DNA from: a virus
IMG/VR virus record: IMGVR_UViG_3300031949_000004
Span: 30,224-94,223 of that record
DNA length: 64,000 bases
Strand: one strand, 5' to 3'
In this document: one piece after another, positions 36,912 to 46,901 of the stretch
How positions within the stretch are numbered: position 1 is the first letter of the stretch
Layout of the letters: the number at the start of each line of letters is the position of its first letter
The notes under the pieces: generated by a model
Seen by the model: only the letters and a program-made list of their open reading frames with translations
Told to the model about the DNA's origin: nothing
Databases searched by the model: none
Made by a program: the position numbers and the translations under genes

Positions 36912-38840
36912 ATGACGCAGAAGCTTACCACCAACACGCTGGTGCCCGAACCCAAGCAAGGTTCGCGGGAGGCGCCCGCCCTGGAGCTGCCGAAGGTTGG
37001 CGAGTGGTTCTGGGTCGCGGAGGAAGACGAAGACGAAGACGGTGAAGAAGGCAGGAAACCGTGGCTCGGGTGTGTCGTTCATCAGGGCTCGAACTACGTC
37101 GAGCTACATGGTCCCGCCGGCCGGAACAGTATTCACACGACCCGCATACATGTCGACGGAATCGACAAATGGCTCAAGCGCGAGCTAGATCCAAACAACA
37201 TCATCACGCGTAAGGTCGACGAGCAACGGGGCATCATCGCGGGGTTGACGGACGAGCTGCGCCAGCTCATGTGCAAGCTGGCGCTCGGGCTCCGGGCGGC
37301 CGACAGCGAGACCCGAGCCATCGCCGTATCGATCGGTGGTAGCGCGGAGGACTACAAGAAGGCGCTCATCAAGGCCAAGGATAAGACGGCTCCGGAAATC
37401 TTGAAGAAGATCAGCGAAGCCTCCGAGATGATGGCTTGCTGGATGCAGGCGCCGATGATCCCTCTCAAGGCTGACACTTCGGCTTTGCAAGACCAGATCG
37501 ATCTCATCAAGAAGCGCATCTTCGGAGTCGAGCTTTACGCTGGGCTCATCGAGCAGGTGACCGTCGTGCAAGAAGGCGCACCGGCAGCGGCCAACGAGCC
37601 GCTCTGGCTCTTCCAGCGCCGGCACTACATGGACGAGGAGTGCCTCATCGACTACGACGCGGGCGGCATGACCTTCGAGAAGCTTGAGGATTTCGACAAG
37701 TGGCTCCTGCGGCCCCGGAACCTGGCGCGCATCCTACCGCATCCCCGCTGTCTGGTAGCGTTCCAGGTTCGGCGCAAGGAGAAAGAGGAACGTTACTGTC
37801 GGAGGGATCTGTCGCTCCAGGACTTCATCAAGATGGTCTTCGGCTACGGACACAAAGCTGACGAGTTGACCTACCTCTACATGCGCAACGGCGACCAGAT
37901 CTACCGGCTGGAGACCGGTATCGAGTTCGGCGAGCGGCTCTTCCCCGATGCCGCGCATAGTGTGCTCGTGACCGGGAAGATCTACGCCATCAAGGACTTC
38001 AGTAACATCGAGCGATTGGCCACCGAGGGCGAGTACCTCGACACCAAGCGCCGGGAAGCCGAAGAAGAGCGGGAGATCAAGAAGCTTTCCAAGGAAGATC
38101 GCTGGCACTTCAACAGCAAGATCAGGTATCCGACTTCCAAATGGATCCTTTGGGATCACAGCACCGTCTACTACGACGACATCACAGCGTACGTCGGCGG
38201 CCAGCTCGAAGCCCACAACCGCCTCGTGCTCGTACTCCAGGGGCTCCTCGACCGGTCGGAGGTCTTCCATCCCCACCCAGCCTACAAGCTGTGGGTTCAG
38301 GCTGACTTCATGCGCGCGATCAAGCTCGTGTACGACGATTCTCGCGCCCTGGTCGCGGGTGACGCTCCCAACTTCGCCGCTTACCAATCGACGCTTAACT
38401 CGTCTTTGCACAAGGGCAGCAACACCGTGGGTCAGGATGATTTCTGGCAACGTGTCGAGGCCAAGCGACAGAACGAGCGTGAGTCGCGCAATGCCTGGCG
38501 CCGGCATGGGGAGTCCAGGGTCGATTGGATACGCTACGAGCCCGAGGGCAACCCCGGTCCCGGTCTCTTTGCCGTGGTGCAAGAGTTCTCGTTCGCGCGG
38601 GGCTGTACGTACACCTGGCAGCGCAAGCGCATGCGGCGCCGTCGCTACTGGTCGGACGAAAAAGGCATCACCGGTTGCCGTCTCGTCGTGCCCACAAACG
38701 AGCTGCTCAACCTCGACGCCTACACCAAGGGCGACTACCATAAGTTCTACGATGATCCTCGCACGCGCGCCGACTACCTGCCGTGGGCGCAGTTGCTCTT
38801 GCCCGCCGAGGAGTGGTGCGCGAACAAGGGAAAGAAGTGA
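36912..38840 (+). CDS. large hypothetical protein (about 642 aa)
   Basis: Long ORF with an acidic tract (EEDEDEDGEEG) near the N-terminus. No recognisable catalytic motif. Confidence 0.45.
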   Translation: MTQKLTTNTLVPEPKQGSREAPALELPKVGEWFWVAEEDEDEDGEEGRKPWLGCVVHQGSNYVELHGPAGRNSIHTTRIHVDGIDKWLKRELDPNNIITRKVDEQRGIIAGLTDELRQLMCKLALGLRAADSETRAIAVSIGGSAEDYKKALIKAKDKTAPEILKKISEASEMMACWMQAPMIPLKADTSALQDQIDLIKKRIFGVELYAGLIEQVTVVQEGAPAAANEPLWLFQRRHYMDEECLIDYDAGGMTFEKLEDFDKWLLRPRNLARILPHPRCLVAFQVRRKEKEERYCRRDLSLQDFIKMVFGYGHKADELTYLYMRNGDQIYRLETGIEFGERLFPDAAHSVLVTGKIYAIKDFSNIERLATEGEYLDTKRREAEEEREIKKLSKEDRWHFNSKIRYPTSKWILWDHSTVYYDDITAYVGGQLEAHNRLVLVLQGLLDRSEVFHPHPAYKLWVQADFMRAIKLVYDDSRALVAGDAPNFAAYQSTLNSSLHKGSNTVGQDDFWQRVEAKRQNERESRNAWRRHGESRVDWIRYEPEGNPGPGLFAVVQEFSFARGCTYTWQRKRMRRRRYWSDEKGITGCRLVVPTNELLNLDAYTKGDYHKFYDDPRTRADYLPWAQLLLPAEEWCANKGKK

Positions 38841-38867
38841 GGCGACGGTGGTGCTGGGGATTAACAC

Positions 38868-39194
38868 ATGTCGATGAGCGAGAAATGTGGTTTCTGCGGC
38901 GAGGTTCACGGGGACGAGTGTCCCGAGTTCCCCAAACCTTCCGCGCCGTCCACCATGCCAAACGGCGCGGAGCATCTCGCCGACTATGCCAACAAGCCGC
39001 GCGTTTGGACGTGCAAGTGCAAGGCAAGCATCACGGCCACATCCTCGCAGGCGGCGGACGCTGATTGGCTCCTGCATGAGAAGAACGGTGTGCTCTGGGC
39101 GGACTGTCCTTTGTGCGGCTTGTCCGATCGTCAAGCCCTGAGTGCCGAGATCGAAGGTTGGAAGCGCCGGGGAAACCCGCGCGGCAACAACTAA
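38868..39194 (+). CDS. zinc-finger protein
   Basis: CGFCGEVHGDECPEF...CKC...CPLCG. Confidence 0.3.
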   Translation: MSMSEKCGFCGEVHGDECPEFPKPSAPSTMPNGAEHLADYANKPRVWTCKCKASITATSSQAADADWLLHEKNGVLWADCPLCGLSDRQALSAEIEGWKRRGNPRGNN

Positions 39195-39205
39195 GGAAAT
39201 GCGCC

Positions 39206-39514
39206 ATGCCGAAACCACGAGAACATGAGCTGAAATCCCATCCTGAATCGTTCGAGGCTGTCATGGACGGGCGCAAGACGCACGAGTTCCGCAAGGACGA
39301 TCGTGGGTACCGGACCGGCGATCTGCTTGTCCTGCGCGAGTGGGATCCTGCGCAGTCTCGTCTAGGAACGGGCGATGTGCCGCACTACACGGGCCGGCAG
39401 GTGGTCTGTCACGTTACGTACATCTCGCACGGCCCGGAGTTCGGTATTCCCGAGGGCTACGTGATCATGAGCGTGATGCCCGTGTCGTGGCGCAAACCCG
39501 TGGGCAATTCGTGA
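39206..39514 (+). CDS. ASCH/DUF3850-like (PUA-fold) RNA-binding protein
   Basis: EHELKSHPESFEAVMDGRKTHEFRKDDRGYRTGDLLVLRE is a DUF3850 signature common in phages. Confidence 0.5.
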   Translation: MPKPREHELKSHPESFEAVMDGRKTHEFRKDDRGYRTGDLLVLREWDPAQSRLGTGDVPHYTGRQVVCHVTYISHGPEFGIPEGYVIMSVMPVSWRKPVGNS

Positions 39515-39537
39515 GCTGAGAACACCTGGAGGGCACC

Positions 39538-39816
39538 ATGGCACGGAAGTTCGTCACCTATCGCGGTTTGCGCATGATCTCGGGTTGGCCCGCGAAGATC
39601 CGCGCGGCCCAGCGCAAGACCACTTACAACATCGGCAAGGTCAAACAGCAACGCATTCGCTACGGCAGCGAACCCGATTTCCCTCCAGGGTTCGCCGATG
39701 GTCCTTGTCACGACTGCTTCGTGACTAAAGGAGAGTATCACGTTCCCGGCTGTGATGTCGAACGGTGTCCGTATTGCGGGCGTCAGGCCATTAGTTGTGG
39801 TCGTGACTCAGATTGA
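39538..39816 (+). CDS. hypothetical zinc-binding protein
   Basis: CHDC...[10 protein letters not shown]. Confidence 0.3.
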   Translation: MARKFVTYRGLRMISGWPAKIRAAQRKTTYNIGKVKQQRIRYGSEPDFPPGFADGPCHDCFVTKGEYHVPGCDVERCPYCGRQAISCGRDSD

Positions 39817-39855
39817 TGCGTGGTATCGCTTGAACAAACACAAGGAGAAGCAACG

Positions 39856-40302
39856 ATGAAATATGCACAAGCTCTGGCTGATGGTTTGACCGCCACCGGT
39901 ATTCCAGATCACCAGATGCTGATTGCTCGCATCAAGGCAGAGTTGGCGATGATTTCGGTCGAGGTGTCCCTGTTGCTGCCAAATTGGATCCGGATTTGTT
40001 GGCATGAGCGAACGCTTGTTATTAACAACGCTATGGGGAGAACGTTCGGCATTGCGCGCATGGAAACTACGCTGGGCAAGGGCTGGCCTATGACCATCGT
40101 CTGGGCGAAGAATCAATCTTTCGCTGTGTCAGCCGTAAACACCGAGGGGGAATTCAGCGAGGCGCTCCAGGAGATCTTGTCCGAGAAAAGCACGGCAAGG
40201 ATCATCGCCTACGTTGCAGCGATCCCCGGTGCGATACTGACGGAGCGGGAAATAGCTCTCGCCGAAAAGTCGGTCCAGCACCCCGAGCTGTTCAAGCCCT
40301 AG
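39856..40302 (+). CDS. hypothetical protein
   Basis: 149-aa ORF. Confidence 0.3.
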   Translation: MKYAQALADGLTATGIPDHQMLIARIKAELAMISVEVSLLLPNWIRICWHERTLVINNAMGRTFGIARMETTLGKGWPMTIVWAKNQSFAVSAVNTEGEFSEALQEILSEKSTARIIAYVAAIPGAILTEREIALAEKSVQHPELFKP

Positions 40303-40318
40303 CCCATGAAGACATCTG

Positions 40319-40606
40319 ATGTCCTGGCTGCTTTGTTCCTGTGGCAACCACATCAAGGACATGTCGCTCCCTCAAGAGGGAAAGGCACACATCGTCACTG
40401 ACGACGATCTGGACGGCAATACTAATTACGTTTACAACACCGATCTGGACGGCAATACTAATTACGTTTACAACACCGTTGACATAAACGTGCCCAGGAG
40501 ACGTATGTATGTCTGTCGTGAGTGTGGTCGGTTGCTCGTCGAAACCGCGCCCGGCTCCCAGATGTACATCTATTTCGTTCCCGAGACCGATCGCCTGGAG
40601 ATCTAG
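40319..40606 (+). CDS. hypothetical protein containing an in-frame 36-nt tandem duplication
   Basis: DLDGNTNYVYNT encoded twice by a perfect 36-nt tandem repeat at 40400-40471. C-terminal CRECG zinc motif. Confidence 0.35.
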   Translation: MSWLLCSCGNHIKDMSLPQEGKAHIVTDDDLDGNTNYVYNTDLDGNTNYVYNTVDINVPRRRMYVCRECGRLLVETAPGSQMYIYFVPETDRLEI

Positions 40607-41071
40607 CGACACTACGAGCAGTCGGCGGTCAAGATCTATTGGTCGCTGGACCTCCGCTTTTGACACGGCCTTGCTCCGGTGCCATGCTGAACCAAGCGTC
40701 GCCGAGACCCACCCCGAGGCGGCAGCAAGGAGTTGTCCTACCGTGAGGCTCGTCGAGCTGGATCCACATTTTCTCGTGCGCAAGCCCGCGACCGGTGCGG
40801 ACATGCGCCACGTCCTCGAACGCACCACCGATCTGTCCGTGGCTGACGGCGTGCGCTTTCTGTGTCCCAAATGCTGGAAGGACAATGGCGGTTCCGAGGG
40901 CACCCATTCAATCCTGATCCCTTTTGCTGGCAAGGCCCTCCACGAACGCGGCTGGCAGGTCTCGGGCACGTCGTTCTCCGATCTCACGCTCCGGCCGTCC
41001 ATCGCAATCTACACCGAGAAAGGGGGCTGCGGTTTTCATGGCTTCATCACGAATGGCGAGGTGATCTCGCT

Positions 41072-41734
41072 ATGATGAACGTCACGTGGAAGTGCATTCC
41101 CGGACAGTTTGATTTCGACGACATCTACCAGGAGATGGTTGATCGCGCACCGGTGCAAGGCGCGCATTTCGTGGAGATCGGGGTGCTGTTCGGCCGCTCG
41201 ACGTTGTTCCTGGCCGAGGCAATCAGGCGATCTGGTAAGCAGATCCGTTTTGATGCCGTGGACAGGGCGATCTGGGATGCGAAGTCGCTCCTTGCCACGT
41301 TCGATCGCTACTTGGAGCAGCAAGTTCCGGTTTCCGATCGCCTGCCGGGTCTGCGGCAGATCTTGGAGGAAACCCCCAGCATCGGCGAGATCGTTCCCCG
41401 CTTCCTGGCAATGGCAGGCTTGTCCGAGTATGCGAACTTCGTGATCGCGACCGGACAAGCGCGGGCTGAGACCTATTTCGACCGAAGCCTCGACTTCGTC
41501 TTCATCGACACCGAGCACACCTACAAGGACACCACCGAGCTGCTTTCCCTTTACGTGCCCAAGCTCAAGCCCAACGGCTTTCTGGCGGGACACGACCACA
41601 CCGACCATTGCCCCGAGGTCGCGAGGGCCGTAAAGGATGTCCTTGGACAAGCTCCCATGATCCGGCGCAGCTCTTTTCTTTGCGACATGTCGACCTTTCG
41701 AGAGGCAAAAGCCGCCGGCAAGGACAATGGTTAG
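41072..41734 (+). CDS. class I SAM-dependent methyltransferase (TylF/MycF-like)
   Basis: HFVEIGVLFGRSTLFLAEA (motif I GxG-like) and FVFIDTEHTYKDT...GFLAGHD. Confidence 0.5.
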   Translation: MMNVTWKCIPGQFDFDDIYQEMVDRAPVQGAHFVEIGVLFGRSTLFLAEAIRRSGKQIRFDAVDRAIWDAKSLLATFDRYLEQQVPVSDRLPGLRQILEETPSIGEIVPRFLAMAGLSEYANFVIATGQARAETYFDRSLDFVFIDTEHTYKDTTELLSLYVPKLKPNGFLAGHDHTDHCPEVARAVKDVLGQAPMIRRSSFLCDMSTFREAKAAGKDNG

Positions 41735-42498
41735 CCGGCGGCCATGGCCCAGCGAGCGTTTCCTTCTTTGAACCGTGCCAGGCACTCCGTGAAGCGCGGC
41801 CCTGCCTCCCACACGCGGCAATCAAATAGCTCGCGAGCGAACTCCAGCAGCTCGTAGCTGAGACCATGGGCAGCCGCGACCGCGCTTCGAGCTTCATCGG
41901 TCAGCAGGTCGCCGTCAGCTTGAGTGTGGCAGACATTTCTCGGCACGTAGAACAGATCTTGCCATCCGAGGGCATCTTGAAAGAACAGCATGGATTCATC
42001 GAAGCGATCGACGAGTCCGACAATAGCAAATTCGTTCAAGAGCAGGTGTTTGCCATGCTCTAGTAAATCTCGGTTTATCGTCGCCGCTTTCATCTCGCCA
42101 GTCAACCATCTTAGTTGGTGGTTGTCCAAGTGTCCGTAGTATGGATGTCTTATCCACTGAATGAACGACAGGTGTTCGTCTTTCAGACAGTTGAAGAATG
42201 GATGAGCTTCACAGTGCTTTATGTAGAGATACAGGGACAACGCGGCGTCTAATGGATCGCGCAGCATCGTGACGTATCGACATGGCTTGGTGAAGTGTCG
42301 GTGGAACCCGTAGCTGAAGTGACCACCGACGTATCGGTAGCCGTCACGACGCCGCTGTGAAATCTCGCCGAAGTTTTCCTCCGTGTGCTCGCAGGTGCCG
42401 CCTATGACGAGGGCTTTCCCAGGTGGATAGTGCCGCAAGGCAATCTCGTGGATCGTGGTTCCCGCAGTCTTGGGAATGTGAAGGAAGAGATCGATCAT
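41731..42498 (-). CDS. sulfotransferase-family protein
   Basis: N-terminal LHIPKTAGTTIHE is the 5'-PSB PKTGTT motif. Confidence 0.45.
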   Translation of the reverse strand: MIDLFLHIPKTAGTTIHEIALRHYPPGKALVIGGTCEHTEENFGEISQRRRDGYRYVGGHFSYGFHRHFTKPCRYVTMLRDPLDAALSLYLYIKHCEAHPFFNCLKDEHLSFIQWIRHPYYGHLDNHQLRWLTGEMKAATINRDLLEHGKHLLLNEFAIVGLVDRFDESMLFFQDALGWQDLFYVPRNVCHTQADGDLLTDEARSAVAAAHGLSYELLEFARELFDCRVWEAGPRFTECLARFKEGNARWAMAAG

Positions 42499-42598
42499 CT
42501 CATTTGATGATGCGCCTCGGGCGGGGCTTGGTCTAGCAACATGCTGCCGGTCGAGGTACGATGGCCTCCAGGTGCAAGACTAACGGACCAAAGTTTGT

Positions 42599-43033
42599 GT
42601 GATGAGTCATCCCATTCGCATCCTGTTCCTCGACGACGACCAAAGACATCTGGCTGTCGATCGGTACTTCGACGGCCGGCGAGACTTCGTCATCGATCAC
42701 GTGTTTCTCGCGCGGCAGGCTATCGAACACCTCGGCACGCGGCGATATTTTCTGGTTTGCCTCGATCACGACCTTCCCAAGAGTCACGAGCGCCTCATCG
42801 GTGTGCCCTACGAGTCCGGGCAGGTCGTGGCCGACTACATAGGGTCCATGCCCCGGAAGATGTTGCCCGCGTGGGTGCATGTCCACTCTCACAACGAGGC
42901 CGGCCGCGAACGCATGGCTGCCGTAATCTTGCAGGAGGCACCCCAGGTCAAGGTCACGGTCGCCCGGTTTGCGCCGGCCCTGGCTTACTGGGATCGGGTT
43001 GCGCACTTCGCTCAGAAATGGAGTCAAGCATGA
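42599..43033 (+). CDS. stand-alone receiver (CheY-like) domain protein
   Basis: ILFLDDD, LVCLDHDLP and a conserved K region. No output domain. Confidence 0.4.
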   Translation: MMSHPIRILFLDDDQRHLAVDRYFDGRRDFVIDHVFLARQAIEHLGTRRYFLVCLDHDLPKSHERLIGVPYESGQVVADYIGSMPRKMLPAWVHVHSHNEAGRERMAAVILQEAPQVKVTVARFAPALAYWDRVAHFAQKWSQA

Positions 43034-43419
43034 CCGGAAAACACGATGTTGCTGGCAACGAAATCCCGTTGGTGTTTCCCACACCCAAGCAGATGCAATG
43101 GTCATCCGAGGCATTCGTGGAAGCCTTGAATCTATCGACGTTATCAGACTTCATCAACGGTTACCCCTCCGTTCCCGATGAACCCGGTCTCTATGCCGTA
43201 GTAGCGCCTGATGGAGTTACGGCAAAAGTTGTTGAACCATCCATGGGAGCACACGAAATTCGTCGTATAATCCTGCTTGATGTTGTCAGGCGGCTAATGC
43301 GAAGTTTCTATCGAGACTGTATTGAACGAAACATGTCTTTCGATCAGATCACCGAGAAAGCTTTTCCCCAGCTTTTGGTGTTGAAGAAACAGTATCGCCT
43401 GGAGAAGTTGGGAGGTTGA
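43030..43419 (+). CDS. hypothetical protein
   Basis: 129-aa ORF with an ATGA overlap. Confidence 0.3.
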   Translation: MTGKHDVAGNEIPLVFPTPKQMQWSSEAFVEALNLSTLSDFINGYPSVPDEPGLYAVVAPDGVTAKVVEPSMGAHEIRRIILLDVVRRLMRSFYRDCIERNMSFDQITEKAFPQLLVLKKQYRLEKLGG

Positions 43420-43429
43420 ACTATGATGC

Positions 43430-43957
43430 GTGTTGTCGGCTACAGTCGCTCCCAAACAGGGAGGATTAACTTTGAGGTGTAGTAAAGAACAGGCAACGAT
43501 AGCGATTGGCATCTCTTTCCTTGGGGGTGTCTTGTTCGGCCTTGTCGGTCTTCTCGCCGGACCAGTGTGCCTTGTCGTCATGTGGTTCTTCCAGAAGAAT
43601 ACAACCACGTCGAAGTACGACGTTCCGGAAATCTGGGGACATGCACAAGATCGACCATGCAACTGCCGCTCCTTGCCATGTGTGTGGACGAAGGTAATGT
43701 CGGACGGTTCGTGGTTGAATGTGGAGTCTTGTCCTCGCTGCGGGTGTTACATGGTGAAGAGGTTTGACTATCACTGTGTCAATGTTTCGGTTCGTTGTGA
43801 GATCTGTACGAACTGTGGTCGGTACGCGAGGCCGGTTCTCGCTCGTGATGAGTGTGTCGAGCCCTCGACTGTCGGGGGTTGTTTTGCTGGAGCCGTTCTT
43901 CACGAACACGTTTCGCCTCTTCCAGGGAAACTAACAAAAGTTGTGGGTGAATCATGA
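43430..43957 (+). CDS. membrane protein with Cys-rich C-terminal domain
   Basis: TM helix ISFLGGVLFGLVGLLAGPVCLVVMWFF, then several CxxC motifs. Confidence 0.3.
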   Translation: MLSATVAPKQGGLTLRCSKEQATIAIGISFLGGVLFGLVGLLAGPVCLVVMWFFQKNTTTSKYDVPEIWGHAQDRPCNCRSLPCVWTKVMSDGSWLNVESCPRCGCYMVKRFDYHCVNVSVRCEICTNCGRYARPVLARDECVEPSTVGGCFAGAVLHEHVSPLPGKLTKVVGES

Positions 43958-44412
43958 CCATTGTAGAGGGTTTCGAGTTCTACTTCCCGAAACAGGCGAA
44001 TCCTGTCATCAAGACCGTCACACTGATTTGGTCTGCCACGGTGCGAAGGTACGGACAGGCGGAGTCCGTGCTAATGGCGGAGTTCGTGGATGACTGGGGA
44101 GTGCGCGAAAAGTGGTCAGTGAATGAGCTGGAGGATTCCCTGGCCAAGGGGTTCATCGTACCCAACGAGAACGGCGTACCGCCCAAGGCCAGGAAGCGGT
44201 TGCAAAGTCTCGCGGTCGGCAGTCTGGAAACGCACATAGATCCAAAGAATATGGTGGCAATCAAGGCTCTGGGGCGCAAGGTTTTCGCTGGCGTGACGAG
44301 CTGGACGCACAAGCTGGTTGGACTGGTCGATGTCGATGGTAAGCTCGTGCGCAAGCAGACGATCGTTGACGAAGCCACAGAGATTTTGCGACAGGGCGGT
44401 TTCGTCACATGA
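43954..44412 (+). CDS. hypothetical protein
   Basis: 152-aa ORF. Confidence 0.35.
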   Translation: MTIVEGFEFYFPKQANPVIKTVTLIWSATVRRYGQAESVLMAEFVDDWGVREKWSVNELEDSLAKGFIVPNENGVPPKARKRLQSLAVGSLETHIDPKNMVAIKALGRKVFAGVTSWTHKLVGLVDVDGKLVRKQTIVDEATEILRQGGFVT

Positions 44413-45047
44413 TGACGGTCGTTGGCTACAGGGATCTACGTCCGCTCGACTGGCTGTCGGGCAAACGCATGCCCCTTCCACCCGGCGAGGGGCACATCTG
44501 CGACCGTTGCGGCGCCGAGCACGCCATCGTCTACGAGGTCGAGGACGACACGACGGGGAAGGTGTATGCTGTGGGCTCGGGCTGTGCGAAGCAGCAGTTC
44601 GGGTTCGAGCCCGACAAGACTGAAGAAGCCAAGCGGTTCATCAAGGCTGTGAAGAAGCAGATTGCGGCCGATCTTCACGCCAAGCGGTACGCGGCTATCA
44701 CCGAGCAAGCCCGGCAGATCGTGGACCAGGTCGTGGGGCTTGTAGTCCCCACGATCACGCGCGAGACGAGCACGAACAAGTACACCGGTCGGGATGAGAT
44801 CTGGTGGGCTTGCCAGGACAACCGACACCTGCAACTTGGCTACGAAGCGGAGGAAGCGGCGCGGGGCATGGTGGTATCAGGCTGGTTTCGCAACCGCGTG
44901 GAGGAGCTGGTGCCGGGCGAATGGAAGGACGTTGTCATCGGTAATAATCCGGACAACCCGAGAAGCCATGCGGTTGCAATGTTTCACCTATGCGCCGCGC
45001 GGGCTATGAAGACGCTCTACGAGATGAAGCGCACGACGTTCTACTAG
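44409..45047 (+). CDS. hypothetical protein
   Basis: 212-aa ORF with CDRCG...GSGCAKQ. Confidence 0.35.
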   Translation: MMTVVGYRDLRPLDWLSGKRMPLPPGEGHICDRCGAEHAIVYEVEDDTTGKVYAVGSGCAKQQFGFEPDKTEEAKRFIKAVKKQIAADLHAKRYAAITEQARQIVDQVVGLVVPTITRETSTNKYTGRDEIWWACQDNRHLQLGYEAEEAARGMVVSGWFRNRVEELVPGEWKDVVIGNNPDNPRSHAVAMFHLCAARAMKTLYEMKRTTFY

Positions 45048-46003
45048 GGATCCATCGTGCCGCCGATGGCACCGCAGAGGATTTTGCGGGTGTCGGTTTC
45101 GTTGGCGACCTCGATGCACAGCCAGTCTCCGATCTGCATCCTTCGAGCCTCGAAGGGCGCCCGCCCTTCATGGAAACGCTCTGCTGACACATTCATTTCC
45201 ACACCGATAACCCGAAGCGAGAGCAATCGCAAACCCTCGCTGACAAGCGGGTGGATCATGAGGAGATCTGGTGTGAAAGGTACTTGTGTTTGTATGGTCA
45301 CCTTGGCGGCGCCGTGCGGTTCTACATGAATGACGCCGAGACCTATGACGGTTCTCTTGGTTGGTGAACGGCTATGGCGAAAGTTTCCATGATTGTCGTT
45401 GACCAACTTGCCCTTCAAGGTTGCCCGGAATTCAAGTGGCAGGTCGACTTCGGTCCGAAGGTTGCAAACTGACAGTGTTGCGACCATACCGCGCATCATA
45501 ATGTCGCAGCTCAGGTCTTGTGGTGGCAACTTTTCATCGAAGAAAAATGCGTGAACAGCACTAGAGGATATGAGTTGTGAATTCCTGCCTACTTTGATGT
45601 CTGTGAACAAGAAATCGCGACTGACTTGTTCCGGCACGGCGATGTTGACGAGGCGAAACGGCCCCTTTTCGCTGATGACCTGGATGTTGGCGCAACCGTT
45701 GGCGGGGATCTGAACACCCTTGACGACGATCTCCTCGTCGGTCTCCAGCTCCAAAAGCTTCGCGACAGGTATATCGGCAATGTCGCCGTCGAGAAGGTAG
45801 GCGTCAGCCTGGTCGATGCACCAGTTTCGCTCCTTGGCCAGCTCGGCGGGACGGGCGCCCAGCTCCCGGAGCTTTTGCAAGCACGTTTGGTAGGACCAAT
45901 TGGTGACGGTTTGAAGACGACGAGCACGCGTGGTCAAGTTCATGGGGACTCTCCTGTCATGGACCAGCCGTCCCTCGCGCCAGATGGTCGTTGGAGGTTC
46001 CAT
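45044..46003 (-). CDS. hypothetical protein
   Basis: 319-aa ORF. The start may be the internal Met near 45943. Confidence 0.35.
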   Translation of the reverse strand: MEPPTTIWREGRLVHDRRVPMNLTTRARRLQTVTNWSYQTCLQKLRELGARPAELAKERNWCIDQADAYLLDGDIADIPVAKLLELETDEEIVVKGVQIPANGCANIQVISEKGPFRLVNIAVPEQVSRDFLFTDIKVGRNSQLISSSAVHAFFFDEKLPPQDLSCDIMMRGMVATLSVCNLRTEVDLPLEFRATLKGKLVNDNHGNFRHSRSPTKRTVIGLGVIHVEPHGAAKVTIQTQVPFTPDLLMIHPLVSEGLRLLSLRVIGVEMNVSAERFHEGRAPFEARRMQIGDWLCIEVANETDTRKILCGAIGGTMDP

Positions 46004-46156
46004 GGACCAGCAGCAGTCTTCAATCTACGAGTCTTGCGGGGGCAATCCGCTTCTCTACTCCGTCCTGCGAGAGACGGGCAGAGATTGAAGGCGCGACAAG
46101 GACGCCAAGGCAAACCGTATCACTCGCACCGCACAATGACAAGATCAGATCTGACC

Positions 46157-46429
46157 TCAGTACACGTTCTTCCGATCGCCTGCGCGCATGACCATCACAA
46201 CGAGATCTTGGTCGAGAATGTCGACAACGATCTTGTAGCTGCCCACTCTGTAGCGCCAGTAGCTCCCCAGCCGTGACCCTTTCAACGCTTTCCCGAGTGT
46301 CCTTGGGTCGTCAAGTGGCAACACTCTTTCCATCAGGTAGGCAACCAGACGTCGCGCCACCTGCTGATCTATCGCATCCAGGTTGCGAACCACTTCCGCA
46401 GAATACAGGAGTCTCCAGGGGCGAGGCAT
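46157..46429 (-). CDS. type II toxin, RelE/ParE family
   Basis: LKGSRLGSYWRYRVGSYKIVVDILDQDLVVMVMRAGDRKNVY matches the RelE/ParE core (YR(Y)RVGDYRI...HRK.VY). Confidence 0.6.
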   Translation of the reverse strand: MPRPWRLLYSAEVVRNLDAIDQQVARRLVAYLMERVLPLDDPRTLGKALKGSRLGSYWRYRVGSYKIVVDILDQDLVVMVMRAGDRKNVY

Positions 46430-46433
46430 GTCG

Positions 46434-46652
46434 TTACCCGAGACCGTAGCGAGCCATCACCTCTTCGTGGGTGAAAACCTGTCCGCCGGCTAGCACCTCC
46501 TCTTTGCTCTTGTCCGCCAGGAACACGTCTTCCATCTCATCGAAGTTCTCGACGAGCGCCTGACGCACGTAGAAAGACTTGGTTCGTCCTGTCTTCTTTG
46601 CTAGTGCACCAAGCCGTTTTTCCATGTCACGGGGCAATCGTACTGCCAACAT
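46434..46652 (-). CDS. ribbon-helix-helix antitoxin (ParD/CopG-like)
   Basis: MLAVRLPRDMEKRLGALAKKTGRTKSFYVRQAL is an RHH beta-strand plus helices. Lies 4 nt upstream of the toxin. Confidence 0.55.
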   Translation of the reverse strand: MLAVRLPRDMEKRLGALAKKTGRTKSFYVRQALVENFDEMEDVFLADKSKEEVLAGGQVFTHEEVMARYGLG

Positions 46653-46708
46653 GTGTCACCTCTGTATGACAAGTATAACACGTTTTGCCCGAGAACTTGT
46701 GCTTGATA

Positions 46709-46765
46709 GAGCCGCCACCCGGAATCGAACCGAGCAAGTATGTCGCCTGCAACACCTTAGCGGCT
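46709..46765 (-). other. tRNA-like fragment (acceptor stem plus T-arm, no D-arm)
   Basis: The reverse complement reads GCCGCTA...CTCGGTTCGATTCCGGGTGGCGGC and folds to a 7-bp acceptor plus T-arm minihelix of about 55 nt. Possibly a truncated tRNA or attachment-site remnant. Confidence 0.25.
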
Positions 46766-46842
46766 TGGTCTCCCCGGCGGGACTCGAACCCGCAAGCTCC
46801 CGTTTAGGAAACGAGCGCCAGTTCCATTCTGGCTTCGAGGAG
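46766..46842 (-). tRNA. tRNA-Arg(CCT), CCA encoded
   Basis: Hand-folded. Acceptor CTCCTCG/CGGGGAG, anticodon stem CTCGT/ACGGG, loop TTCCTAA, T-arm GCGGG-TTCGAGT-CCCGC. Confidence 0.55.
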
Positions 46843-46901
46843 AAAGCCCGGCGAGGTGGCCGGGGAAGTTGATCAAAGCGGCGGTGACAGCGAGGCGCCC
46901 G

